This document shows, piece after piece, positions 34,501 through 45,580 of a stretch of 64,000 bases of DNA; within the stretch, counting starts at the first letter, position 1, and every line of letters begins with the position of its first letter. The notes under the pieces were generated by a model, which saw only the letters and a program-made list of their open reading frames with translations, searched no databases and was not told where the DNA came from. This DNA comes from Methanotrichaceae archaeon (lineage in GTDB: Archaea; Halobacteriota; Methanosarcinia; Methanotrichales; Methanotrichaceae): positions 32,001 to 96,000 of the forward strand of contig CAVWIG010000017.1 in NCBI GenBank assembly GCA_963754945.1, read 5' to 3'. A program made the position numbers and the translations under genes.

Positions 34501-35681
34501 GTGCATCATAACATTAATTTTGCAAATTAATATAATGCCTGTTTAGCTTTAATCTTGCATCATTCTTCGTGAATTTCCATCTTACAGTAGTTTTTTTTGC
34601 GTTACGTTCTTGTGCCACACCGAAGCCTCTTTGGTTAAAGTATCGATGTCTCCAATCCGACGATCGAGGCATTGCTTCGATAGGGCTGAGAGTTCTATCT
34701 CAGCCATGTTGAGCCAGCTACCTTTCTTTGGCGTATAATAATATTCGAACTCCTTAGCCAGCTCAAACGCCTCTTCAGGCGCAAAAGCATTATAAAATGA
34801 GCCTGAAGTATGCGTATTGAGATTATCCTGGACCAGTCGAATGGATTCTACACCTGGATATTGCTGGGTAAGTTCTTTCATGAAATGGGCATAGTCCACC
34901 CTTGTTCTGTGCTCCATGACACGAATCATTCTTTTTCCTGCATGAAGGTCAAAGGCAATAAGGATGCAACATGTCCCGTTACGGACGTATTCATAATGCA
35001 CCTTCTTCGGACTGCCTGGTTTCATGGGTATAGGCACTAAGACATCGCCTATCAGTTGGCATGGCCTCTCGTCGAAACAAACCACAGGATGCCTCGGATC
35101 ATATGGTTGCTCGTACAGAGTTAATACATTTTCCATGTTCCAGATATATTCGCTCGTCATGCTCCCTATGCACCATCGCTGTTTGAGCCATGGCTTTATT
35201 TCATTTTTTTTAACGCTCTGCAAACGCTCATTCCTGAGATCGAGTCCACTTCCCCCAGCTCAACAAGCTTGTCGGCCAATAGATTCAGCGTCCATCTCGA
35301 TCTGCCTTCAGGCGGATCTGAGCAAGCAATGCCGGTCAGTTTAGCCTCAACTCGTGCATCTATCTTCGGAGGCGCTCCACTGCGAGATCTTTCATTCAAT
35401 GCAGATTCCAGGCCACCCTCGAAATATCTCTTTCTTATCCTCACTATTGTCGTTCTGCTCGCCTTCAATGCATCAATGATCTCCGCATCGGATTGCCCTC
35501 CATCGGCCAGGAGCAGTATTCTTGCGCGAGTTAAACTCCTTGCAGACGACTTCCCACGACGGATGTACTGGTTCAACTCTTCTCGTTCTTTCTCTTCCAG
35601 TTTCACACAGAATTTTGTTTTTCTTGCCACGATCTATATTCTAGACCTTTTATAAGATTTAAAACTTGCGTTATGGTGCAC
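34501..35681 (-). mobile_element. IS630-family element, copy 1 (orfA 35196..35630, orfB 34582..35223)
   Basis: TIRs gtgca(t/c)cataac/gttatggtgcac, TA duplication in a CTAG target; HTH orfA and DDE orfB joined by an A8 slippery run; 1 nt shorter than copy 2. Confidence 0.93.
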
Positions 35682-35694
35682 TAGGTTAACCGAT

Positions 35695-35958
35695 ATGAAG
35701 AGTGACGATGGAACTACTATCATGATAGCCGGAGGCACATTATATTTTGTAGGGTGTGTCGGATTGTTTACAAATTGGAACTCGTATCATATAATAGACG
35801 TCACCTCCAGTGTAACCTCTGGTCTGGGTCTGTTAACCACCTGTGTGGGGATATTGCTGATTGATAATTACCGGTTATTCAAAGCCTTTGCTTTGATATG
35901 CATTGCATTGATTTTGACCTTCGGGATTTCATGGATAGCACGTCTTTCTACTCTCTGA
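35695..35958 (+). CDS. Small membrane protein (about 3 TM segments)
   Basis: Three hydrophobic stretches in 87 aa. Confidence 0.55.
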   Translation: MKSDDGTTIMIAGGTLYFVGCVGLFTNWNSYHIIDVTSSVTSGLGLLTTCVGILLIDNYRLFKAFALICIALILTFGISWIARLSTL

Positions 35959-36006
35959 CACCATTTAATATACGATTATATCGAGCATAATATCCAATTC
36001 ACATAA

Positions 36007-36062
36007 TCAAACGGCTGCGGCGCACTACGCAGCAGAGCTGCAGGGTATTACGATAAAAATAA
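36007..36062. repeat. REP-like hairpin repeat (other copies at 45461..45490 and 50327..50382)
   Basis: Shared core cagcagagctgc(a/g)gggtattacg with a degenerate inverted repeat. Confidence 0.65.
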
Positions 36063-36315
36063 TTGCCAGGCTCTGAGCGGCCCTCTTTCATCCGGCCTCG
36101 ATGGTTTCATCCGAAGCCTTTTAGTCGGCCAGAGTTAGATAGACCGTGGTAAGGGAAAAAGAGACTCTTTACAGGGCACCCTCGTAAATACATCAAAGAT
36201 GATGAAGCAATCTGAAGAATAATGGATTCAGGCCGGGGAGTCACTGCAGAAAGAGTTAATCGATAAGAGCAAATCAATATTGCTTCTTAATGAGAGATAA
36301 GGAAACATAGAATCA

Positions 36316-38997
36316 ATGGCCGCAAGTAAAATTTCTCCTCTGATGGAGCAGTACTACAGCATAAAGAAGCAGTACCCGGATGCCATACTGCTGTTCAGGG
36401 TAGGCGACTTCTTCGAGACATTTGCAGAGGATGCCGTTACCGTCGCCAGGGACCTGAACATAGTCCTCACCTCCAGGCAGAAGGACGATGCCGGGAACAA
36501 AATACCCCTGGCGGGCGTTCCCTACCACGCTCTGGACGTCTATCTCGCTAGGCTTGTAAAGTCCGGGCACAAGGTCGTCATCTGCGATCAGGTGGAGGAC
36601 CCGAAGCTCGCCAAAGGGCTGGTGAAAAGGGAGATAACCCGCGTTGTCACGCCGGGGACGATAATCGAGCCTTCCATGCTGGAGGATTCCTCCAACAACT
36701 ACCTGGCCGCTGTTGTGCAGGATCAGGAGAGCGGCCGTGCTGGCCTGGCTTTCGTAGACGTCTCGACTGGAGAGCTTCTAACAACAGAGATCGAATCCGA
36801 TCGGCTGAAGTCGGAGATGGCCCGGTTTCGGCCCGCTGAGTGCCTTTCTTCTGCTTCTTCTGCCGATCTATCTCATCTATCTCTTGACGGCCTCAAGGCC
36901 CAATTGCTGGACGAACCAAGCTTTTCTTTGGATAATGCGAGATCGGCCTTAGAGGCTCAATTCGGCCAGGGCTGGGCGGAACGGTTCAGGCTGGCTGACA
37001 AAACGCTGGCAACCAGGGCCTGCGGGGCCATCCTCCAGTACCTCCACCAGTCCCATTTCGATGCTCTCGGCCACATAAATGAAATCCGGCTCTACTCCTG
37101 CTCGGAGTTCATGGTCCTGGACGAGATCACCCTGCGAAACCTCGAGCTGATGAGGAACATCAGGGATCGCTCAAGAAGGGGAACTCTGCTGGAGTACTTG
37201 GACCAAACACAGACTCCGATGGGTTCCAGGACTCTGACAAAGTGGATCCAGATTCCATTGGTCTCCCTGCCCGAGATAAAGCGACGGCTGGATGCCATAG
37301 ATGAGCTGATAAAGAATCCAGTCCTTCGGACCAGCCTGGGAAACATGCTGAAGGGAGCTGCAGATCTGGAAAGGCTGGTCGGACGGGTCTCTTGCGGCGC
37401 TGCGACTCCCAAGGATATGGTGGCCCTCAAGAGCACTCTTGAGAGGTTGTCCGGACTCTTCGAGGCCCTGAATAACTGCAATAACTGCGGATCGCCCGAT
37501 AGAGCCGATAGAGCAAATCAATCATATCCATCATATCTCGAAGATCTGCATTCCCGGCTAGATCCAGTTCCTGTAACGGATGTCATCGGCCTCGTGGGCC
37601 GCTCTATTGCTGACGATCCTCCAGCCAACACCCGTGACGGTGGGATTATCCGGAACGGCTTTGACAAAGAGCTAGACGATCTCAGGTCAATTCTCAGAGA
37701 CAGCAAGGCCTGGATCTCCCGAATGGAGAACTCGGAGAAACAGCGTACGGGCATAAAATCCCTGAAGGTCGGCTATACCGGCGTCTTCGGCTACTACCTC
37801 GAGGTGTCAAGAGCAAACCTGCATTTGGTTCCTGAGAATTACCTGCGTAAGCAGACCCTTGCCAACGCCGAGCGCTTCATAACTCCCGAGCTGAAAGAGA
37901 CGGAGGCAAAGGTGATATCAGCCCAGGAGAGGTCGGTAGCCCTTGAGCAGGAGATCTTCGCGCGTGTCAGGTCAGAGGTGGCGGAGCACGCCAGGGAGAT
38001 TCAGTCCAGGGCCATCGCCCTGGGTGAGCTGGATGTGCTCTGCTCCCTCGCTGCGGTGGCCTCGGAGAACACGCTAGTCAAGCCCGAATTCAACTCTGAG
38101 GGCAGGATCGCCCTCCGAGACTCCCGCCACCCAGTCCTGGACAGGGCCATGAAGGGCGGCTTTGTGCCCAACGACGTTTACCTGGGCACGGGCACTAGCC
38201 GACTCATCATCCTGACAGGACCCAACATGGCAGGCAAGTCCACCTTCATGCGGCAAGTGGCCCTGGTCGTCATCATGGCCCAGATGGGCTCCTATGTTCC
38301 AGCATCTTTTGCCTCTCTGGCCGTTGTTGATCGGATATTCACACGGGTAGGTGCCTACGACGACCTATCCGCCGGCCAGTCCACTTTCATGGTTGAGATG
38401 ACCGAGCTTGCCAACATCCTCGATAACGCCAGCAAGGATAGCCTGGTCCTCCTGGATGAGGTTGGCCGGGGCACAAGCACCTTTGACGGCCTGGCCATCG
38501 CCTGGGCCATCTCCGAGTACCTTCACAACGTTGTCAAGGGCAAGGCCATCTTCGCCACCCACTACCACCAACTCACTCAGTTGGAAGGAGTTCTGCCGGG
38601 AGTCAAGAACTACAACATGGCCGTTAAAGAAGAGGGTGGCTCGATTACCTTCCTGCGGTCTGTAGTGCCCGGAGCCACAGACAAGAGCTATGGAGTCCAT
38701 GTGGCAAAGCTGGCCGGGGTTCCAGATGCGGTTATCAAGAGGGCGAACGAGGTTCTCAAGGAGATTGAGAGTGAGACGGTGATAGATCCTCTGGCAGGCT
38801 CGAAGAGAGGCAGAAAGTCATCGAAGTACACCCAGTTGATCTTCTTTGACCAGCCGGGTGGAGAACCGAGCCTACAGGAAAAGCAGATACATAGCGACCC
38901 AGTTGCGGATGAGATCCTTCGATTGGATCTTGATGCGATGACTCCACGCGAGGCGCACGGCAAGCTGGCAGAATACCAGAAGAGGCTGAAAGGATAG
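36316..38997 (+). CDS. mutS: DNA mismatch repair protein MutS
   Basis: SPLMEQY, GDFFETF, TGPNMAGKST, STFMVE, DEVGRGTST, ATHYH, SYGVHVA. Confidence 0.96.
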   Translation: MAASKISPLMEQYYSIKKQYPDAILLFRVGDFFETFAEDAVTVARDLNIVLTSRQKDDAGNKIPLAGVPYHALDVYLARLVKSGHKVVICDQVEDPKLAKGLVKREITRVVTPGTIIEPSMLEDSSNNYLAAVVQDQESGRAGLAFVDVSTGELLTTEIESDRLKSEMARFRPAECLSSASSADLSHLSLDGLKAQLLDEPSFSLDNARSALEAQFGQGWAERFRLADKTLATRACGAILQYLHQSHFDALGHINEIRLYSCSEFMVLDEITLRNLELMRNIRDRSRRGTLLEYLDQTQTPMGSRTLTKWIQIPLVSLPEIKRRLDAIDELIKNPVLRTSLGNMLKGAADLERLVGRVSCGAATPKDMVALKSTLERLSGLFEALNNCNNCGSPDRADRANQSYPSYLEDLHSRLDPVPVTDVIGLVGRSIADDPPANTRDGGIIRNGFDKELDDLRSILRDSKAWISRMENSEKQRTGIKSLKVGYTGVFGYYLEVSRANLHLVPENYLRKQTLANAERFITPELKETEAKVISAQERSVALEQEIFARVRSEVAEHAREIQSRAIALGELDVLCSLAAVASENTLVKPEFNSEGRIALRDSRHPVLDRAMKGGFVPNDVYLGTGTSRLIILTGPNMAGKSTFMRQVALVVIMAQMGSYVPASFASLAVVDRIFTRVGAYDDLSAGQSTFMVEMTELANILDNASKDSLVLLDEVGRGTSTFDGLAIAWAISEYLHNVVKGKAIFATHYHQLTQLEGVLPGVKNYNMAVKEEGGSITFLRSVVPGATDKSYGVHVAKLAGVPDAVIKRANEVLKEIESETVIDPLAGSKRGRKSSKYTQLIFFDQPGGEPSLQEKQIHSDPVADEILRLDLDAMTPREAHGKLAEYQKRLKG

Positions 38998-38999
38998 AG

Positions 39000-39050
39000 A
39001 TGCCGATGCAGAAGATCGATTCCTGGATGAGGACACCATAAACAAATTGA
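39000..39050 (+). pseudogene. N-terminal stump resembling mutL
   Basis: atgccgatgcagaagatc-gattcctggatgaggacaccataaacaaattg reads MPMQKI/FLDEDTINK, like the MutL start (KIxxLDxxTINKIAAGE), 2 nt after the mutS stop. Confidence 0.6.
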
Positions 39051-39093
39051 TAAATACCTCTACAAGGACAGGATATATAGAGAAAAATTGGCG

Positions 39094-39292
39094 GTACGTG
39101 TTTAGTTCCCACTGAATCGCTCGCTTGATGCTGTTTCGAGTTAACGAATACGTGCTCACCAATAACTTGCGCCAGAATGAAAAACAATATCAATAGACGA
39201 AGTTACTTGGAATTTGCTCTCTTATTACTGACCACGTGAGATGTTCACCAACTGGGTTTATTGATGCTGATTGAGGTGAGCTAAACACATAC
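39094..39292. mobile_element. 199-bp non-autonomous IS66-type MITE
   Basis: TIRs gtacgtgtttagtt...agctaaacacatac, perfect 8-bp TSD aattggcg on both sides, no transposase; TIR matches the IS66 relic end at 45088. Confidence 0.88.
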
Positions 39293-39349
39293 AATTGGCG
39301 AAAGCAATGCAGCTCGGCCGCAATAAATTGAGGAGTTGACCCTACTACC

Positions 39350-40648
39350 ATGATGCATGCCACATTCGACAATTGGATTCGACAAGAAGCGATTCCGTTC
39401 TCCGTCGATTCGTCTGAAACCTTCAACGCCGCCGTCGATAAGGTCATCGCCTCACTTGACTACTCGGTGGAGTTGCTTGGCTTTGGAGAAGCACTCCACG
39501 GCGACGAGGAGATTCTTATGCTCCGCAACCGGCTCTTCCAACGATTGGTGGAGGCGCATGGCTACAGCGCCATCGCAATCGAGAGCAGTTTCCCCAGGGC
39601 GAACGTAGTGAACGAGTACGTGGCGGGTCGCGGTCCAGTATCGTATGACGCTCTGCAAGAGGCCGGATTCAGCAACGGCTTTGGCCGGCTCGACGCGAAT
39701 CGTGAACTTGTGGAGTGGATGAGGGCGTACAATGCCGATCCAACGCACCGCATCAAACTCCAGTTCTACGGCTTCGACAGTCCGACAGAGATGATGTTCA
39801 GCGATAGTCCAAGAAAGGTTCTTCATTTTGTTCTAGATTACCTCGTCTCGATTGATAGTGACAGTGGCCAGGAGCATCGCCAGCGCATTGACCCGCTTCT
39901 TGGCCAGGACTCCGATTGGGAGAACCCCGCTGCAATGATGGACCCGACTAAATCGGTAGGCCGTTCCCCAGCTGCAACTGCGCTCCGGATTGAGACTGAG
40001 GAACTCATTGCAGAACTGCAAGTACGCCATCCCGAATTGGTGGCCAAAAGCGACGGAAATCGGTATTTGGAAGCCGTGCATTATGCAAAGGTCGCACGGT
40101 GGCTGCTGAACTATCATGCTACATTGGCGCGACAGTCGGACGCGGGCGAACGGCTTGTCAGGGGCCTCGGCCTTCGAGATGCGATGATGGCGGATAATCT
40201 GGAATACATGGTATCCCGTGAACATGGTCGAGGGAAAGTGCTTGCCTTCGCTCACAACAGCCATCTGAAGCGCGGAAAGGCGGAGTGGCAACTGGGCACT
40301 GACCTATTGACATGGTGGCCTGCGGGAGCGCACCTCTGTGAGATCTTCGGCCCGCGCTATGCAGTCATCGGAACGGCCGTTGGCGTTTCTGATGCCAATG
40401 GCATCGGCCAGCCCGAACCAGGCACTATTGAGGCGAGGCTGACGGCCGTTCCGGGGCCGGAGCGGTTCATTCCAACCCACGAAGGGCAGGGGCTTCCAGC
40501 CTCGGCAATCGCAGCTCTTCCGATTCGTTCGGGCAGCATGAAGAACCCGACCTACTTCCCACTAACTCCCCAAAGCTTCACCGATTTCGACTGGCTGGCT
40601 GTCCTGGATAGAACGGCATACAGCCGTGGTGGGCCGTCGCTGCAATAA
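39350..40648 (+). CDS. Erythromycin esterase family protein
   Basis: LGFGEALHG, AIAIES, FYGFD, LRDAMMADN, FAHNSHL. Confidence 0.88.
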   Translation: MMHATFDNWIRQEAIPFSVDSSETFNAAVDKVIASLDYSVELLGFGEALHGDEEILMLRNRLFQRLVEAHGYSAIAIESSFPRANVVNEYVAGRGPVSYDALQEAGFSNGFGRLDANRELVEWMRAYNADPTHRIKLQFYGFDSPTEMMFSDSPRKVLHFVLDYLVSIDSDSGQEHRQRIDPLLGQDSDWENPAAMMDPTKSVGRSPAATALRIETEELIAELQVRHPELVAKSDGNRYLEAVHYAKVARWLLNYHATLARQSDAGERLVRGLGLRDAMMADNLEYMVSREHGRGKVLAFAHNSHLKRGKAEWQLGTDLLTWWPAGAHLCEIFGPRYAVIGTAVGVSDANGIGQPEPGTIEARLTAVPGPERFIPTHEGQGLPASAIAALPIRSGSMKNPTYFPLTPQSFTDFDWLAVLDRTAYSRGGPSLQ

Positions 40649-40814
40649 TGGACGCTAGCACCAAGCGGTAAACTCTTCGACGTTCTGGCAGCCGTCAGTG
40701 GCAGCGGGACGTTCGGATCGACGCGACTGGCGTGGGATTGGGTACTGGAACGATTGTGGGAATCGTCATCGACGGTCGGAGGGGCAACTCTCCTCGGCCT
40801 TCCAGGAGATCAGA

Positions 40815-42727
40815 CCGGAGTTTATAAGATCTTTTAAAAAACGGTCGTTACATGTTGAAAGATGTAGGGTCTAAGGAAGAATTAATTCATTCTGGAAGAT
40901 ATTGGCCGAGTTGGAGTTTGCTGAAGACGTCTGCAGTATTTTTGTTCATGTCTTCGACCACAAAATCGAATTTCGTTCTGCTCGCTTCATGAGCTTCTGC
41001 GTTGTAGATAACACCAAGCCTTACTTGATCCAAATAGTGTGCCAATCGTTCTATCGATAATTCGGAATCATTAATAACATAGAGCAGATAATTATATAAT
41101 AAGATTCCGACGACACATAAGAACACATGTGCCCTGATTTTACTATCTTTGCGGACATACGTTGGTTTCAAGGGTATCAACAATCGATCTTTTAACCATG
41201 CGATATCCGTTTCAATTTGGTTGCGCGAATCATACAATTCCGATATCTGGCGCGAAGTTAATTCCATCATATCCGTAAATATGACGGTTTTTCCCATAGA
41301 AGATACATGCTCTTGGATGCGAGTTTCGTTCAGCTGGAAATCGAGCTGCAACTTTCGATCTACTTCGACAACCTTATAATCAAATAAACCGCGATATTGC
41401 TTTGGAATTGCATCTACAACCCGATTGATCAGACCCTTTGGAGTCAATTTTCTACCTTTGCCATTTCTGTTTAATTTTAATTTTATATTCTCTATATCAT
41501 TTAGAATTTCATCTTTAACTCGGTTCCATTCAGCTAGCTGTTTTTGTTGAGTTCGTTCGTTATATCTAATTATTCCTATAAAATCATGACTATACCAGCG
41601 TTTTGCTGTTCGATAGGCTCTTAAGGGATTTTCATGGGCGTTCGTCCAAGTCTCATTGAATTCCGAAATCGGAATCTGAAAGAGTTCTTTGCACATCGAC
41701 TCAGGCAAGGAACCGACAACATGCATTCGCTCCACTGCTTTTTGAATATTTTCTGTCGAATTCATACCCCGATCAAATATTATCGCGATGTCTTTTGAAG
41801 GAATATCGATATCATGAAGCCTTTTGCAGATACTATCAATCAGACCTGAGAATAATTGTGTATCGTTCTTGTTTGCAGGATATACAAATGAGTTGAACGG
41901 AATATTATGATCCGATGTGGTCAATCCTATTCCAATCAGATTCTTATCGTATCTCTTCTCTTTTGAGTTCCCTTTTTGTGGCAAGGTTTCTCCACGATCG
42001 ATATGAGTATAAAAATTCGTGGTATCAAATATTAGTCGTGTAGGTTTAAGTCCACGTTTAATCAAGCTACGAGATATATCAAGTTCAATGTTCTGAATGG
42101 TCTTTTCATCTAATTCATTCATATAATTAAGAAAGTTTTGACTAGAGAGTTTATATTTTGGGTTCCAAAAGAATTGAAGCGAACTCTCTTTGAAGTATTC
42201 GTCGAGAACGTTCCGGCTTAAGGCATGCTCAGATCTACCGATGATCATCAGAAGAAGGTATTGTGCAGGAGTAAGGCCACCGAGCTTCTTTCGATCTATA
42301 TTCCGGTTTATGCTATCTGTTAAACCTACTTCTTCAGCTGCCTTTATAAAGGCTGCAGGTTTCCCAAAAGAAAAAGAAGCAATATGGGCGGGCTTTTTCG
42401 AAGAGAAAAGCTCATTGACTTTATCAGGAGATCCTACGCATTTTTGCATCACTTGGACTACCTTTCCATTTATGCGTTGGTTCTCGATGAGATAGAGATA
42501 CTTGCGCCCTTTGATGGTTTTTATCTTGAAGTGCACCACGTATATTAGACCCTACAAGTGGATAAATGTTTCGATCATCTAACCGATTCTGAAGCAAATA
42601 ATGGGTTTAATCGCATGTTTTCATAAGATAACTAAACGACAATGACGCAAGAAAATATAAAAATTTGTTAGACCCTACAAGAAACGATACGTGCTGATGG
42701 GCTGGGCCAATATTTTATAAACTCCGG
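40815..42727 (-). mobile_element. IS1634-family element (transposase 40887..42539)
   Basis: TIRs ccggagtttataa/ttataaactccgg, 5-bp TSD tcaga; FDTT, GNSKEKRYD, FDRGM and IRAHVFLC motifs. Confidence 0.92.
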
Positions 42728-42913
42728 TCAGAAAGCTTAGGCTCAAGATTCCGGTCATATCCATAGCTAAAAGTTAAGAGGGAGGGACGAAAAGGCATCG
42801 CTCTTCATCCATGAGACAAGGATGATGCTAACAGGTTCGCCATCCCCTAAAATCGGCTGCTCAGACAGAAGGCGGTCATAAAAAAATAATCGAATATCAC
42901 GAGTATTTGATCT

Positions 42914-43438
42914 TCAACCCTTTTGGCCTATCTTTTTGGCCTTCTCTACTATGCTTTTAATGAAATCTGTCTTAGCATTCGCATAGACGACCATGTCGTG
43001 ACCGTATCTCTCAGCCAGATCAAGCTTCAGCTCATAATATCTCCTGGCATCCTCCGGATGAACCCTGAGCCAGTCTCTGAAGATGATGTGCTTTAGATGA
43101 AAATCGCTATCATACTTGATCAGATGCAAGTGAAAGCGAACCCCTCCGGCAATACGGCAAGCGCAGTAGAACCAGTCAGAGTCCTCTCCCCGGCTTATGT
43201 GGATATATCCCAAGGGCTTTATTACCTCAAGGATCTCATCTGTGGTCTTTTTGTCCGTCACTCCAACAATAATATCTATTATCGCCTTGGCTCCCAGGCC
43301 CGGGACCGATGTGCTGCCTATGTGATCCATGGAGAGAATCTTTTCGCCGACAGCTTCATGGATAAAGCATCTCTCAGCCTCATATTGCTGCGGCCAGAGG
43401 GGATCATACGGGACTAGTTTTACTGACATCGATAGCAC
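42914..43438 (-). CDS. GrpB-family protein
   Basis: YDPLWP, HIGSTSVPGLGAKAIIDI, FRDWLR, YANAKTDFI. Confidence 0.88.
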   Translation of the reverse strand: MLSMSVKLVPYDPLWPQQYEAERCFIHEAVGEKILSMDHIGSTSVPGLGAKAIIDIIVGVTDKKTTDEILEVIKPLGYIHISRGEDSDWFYCACRIAGGVRFHLHLIKYDSDFHLKHIIFRDWLRVHPEDARRYYELKLDLAERYGHDMVVYANAKTDFIKSIVEKAKKIGQKG

Positions 43439-44429
43439 TCAGTATTTTCTCTCTTCATAGGATAAAATACAGGCAGATTCCGGGTTCAGGTCACAAATAT
43501 ACTGGTTTGAACTCAAAATTGACCAACTCAACTAAATTTGAGGATAATAAAACTCGAATTAAATATCTTGAAAAGTAATTACAATCGATTGGAATGGTTA
43601 AAACTAAAAAAAATCCATTCTGAAAGAGATGGATAATATCTTTCAACGTAGTGGTACCTTAAGTACCATGACCGTCGTACTTGCTTGTGGCAAGTTTAAT
43701 CCCGATGACCATCGTGAATTAAACGTGCCGGCAGTAGAACTTTTGGCTTTCAGTGTAGAATGCCTTTCTCAACAATGGTTTCTCCCAAAAAGTTTTATGG
43801 TGGACACCTCCGAAATACACGTGAGGGCATTTCCTACTCATTGGTGAACTCTATGCCTAGATCAAACAAAACTCCTGAAGAACATGCCCGTGAAAAATGG
43901 GCAAGAAGACACGCTACCTTGAAACGTTTCGCAACTCTGCGATCTGCTGAAGAAAGAGTTCTATGACTCTATGTAAGTATTTGTGAAATGTCATAGAACT
44001 TTCTTCCTAATCGCATCCAATTTTTTTAAAAATCGTAAATCCGAATCAACAGCACCATGCTTTAAACATCATCCAGATATATCTTGTGTAAGAGCCTTAT
44101 TCATATGGGGCGTTGATAACGAATCTTGCTTTCATAATTCCGCTCCACTCCTAAAAAAGAGCGCCAATAGCAACATCGAGCCTGGAGCGGTGACGATCCA
44201 CGGTAAACCGAGAAGCAGTAAAGTCGCGGAAAAATTCGGATAAAAATATACTATGACAAACAGGGGGATAATTAAGCCATTAGCCAGGAAAAACCACCTG
44301 AGCCACTTCTGCTGCCCTTAAGGCAAAGAGAACAGCCGCATGGCTCCAAAACCTCTTCTCGTCTGGTGTCACATAGTGAAGTGCAAGCAAAGCGAGCATA
44401 AATGGCGTTGCAATCAAGTATCGTGGCAG

Positions 44430-45088
44430 GACTTATTTTCAGCCATACAGTCTCTTCAGAGCGTCTTGGATTTTTCTGTGGGGCAGTCTATCTTCATATC
44501 TGAATAGTGTCGCCAGTGAGATTATGTTGTTACCAAATTTACCTTCATGTGGGCAGTCAGAATTGCCTGCAACAACTTCTTTTTGGCAGCAGGGGCATCT
44601 GTAAATGCGAAATTTTGTATTCAGTGATGGTGATTGGTTGAGGTTCCGGAATTTCTTCAATAATCTTCGAATCAATTCGGAATGGAAGGCTAAGCTCTGC
44701 TCCGCAATTTGGACAAAGATCCATTGTAACTTTCACTTGCCGATCTGGAGTCGCATAAGGTCTTGTTAAACCTTTGTGCCCAATCTTTTGACCGGGATTT
44801 CCCTTGAGGTTCTTATCCTGACCTATTTTTCGATTCCGCCCTCGTCTTAGACTTGGTGGAGTATGTGCATTCTCATATTGAGCTAATCGGGATTCAAGTT
44901 CTCGTATTTTTGCCTTAAGCAACTCATTCTCACGCTTTAAAAGCTCATTCTGTTCCCGAAGTTGCTTATTGATCTCTCCTTCGTCCATACTCTCAATTGA
45001 GGATTATTATCGTTACATTATTTAATTTTTCTGATCAAAATGGTTTTAGGCAATTTTGGATGAATTCACGAGGGAGCTAAACACATAC
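44430..45088 (-). mobile_element. Truncated IS66 relic (left end plus N-terminal transposase, frameshifted)
   Basis: End gtatgtgtttagc at 45088; ENAHTPPS, PGQKIGHKG, CPNCG zinc finger, YRCPCC, RLPHRKI. Confidence 0.85.
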
Positions 45089-45202
45089 AAATTTTCTAGT
45101 AATTTTCCCTCCCGCACCTAATCATCATGGTTGTACATGCAATTTTCTTTGAATATAAGTGTTCTCAGCACAGAGAGCTTATGCGATAGAAGGGATGATA
45201 GA

Positions 45203-45250
45203 TTGAAGGTCGCTGTCATTGGCGGTGGCATTGTAGGCGCAGAATTCTGA
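45203..45250 (+). pseudogene. Rossmann N-terminal stump of an FAD/NAD oxidoreductase
   Basis: Reads MKVAVIGGGIVGAEF* and then stops. Confidence 0.45.
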
Positions 45251-45580
45251 GGAATGCTCTGCCCGGCCCTTTCGAGATCACGCGGATCGAGCCAAAGCAG
45301 CAGATAGAGTGCCAGGCCCTTTATATAGAGTGCTTGGCGGGCATGGTAGGAATTACCGGTAATAAGTTCCAAGTTGCAAGCAGCGGGGCATGTTCCCGCC
45401 GACACATAAAAATGCTCTACGAAAGCTGAAGCATCCTTAAGTTGGACTTATGCCATTTATCCCAGCCACAGCAAGCTGCGGGGTATTACGTTTTAAACCC
45501 ACATGATTCGGTGACTCATACATGGAGAATGAAAATCGATATCGTACGTGACATTTTCATGGGAAAATAAAAAAAGAGGC

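Noticed and set aside
35190-35225. Frameshift between IS630 orfA and orfB as inactivation
   Set aside because: The same A8 run is in both copies, and programmed frameshifting is a known IS630 feature.
43600-44420. Short ORFs and the palindrome ggtaccttaagtacc
   Set aside because: Probably decayed foreign DNA, but I could not assign it to any family.
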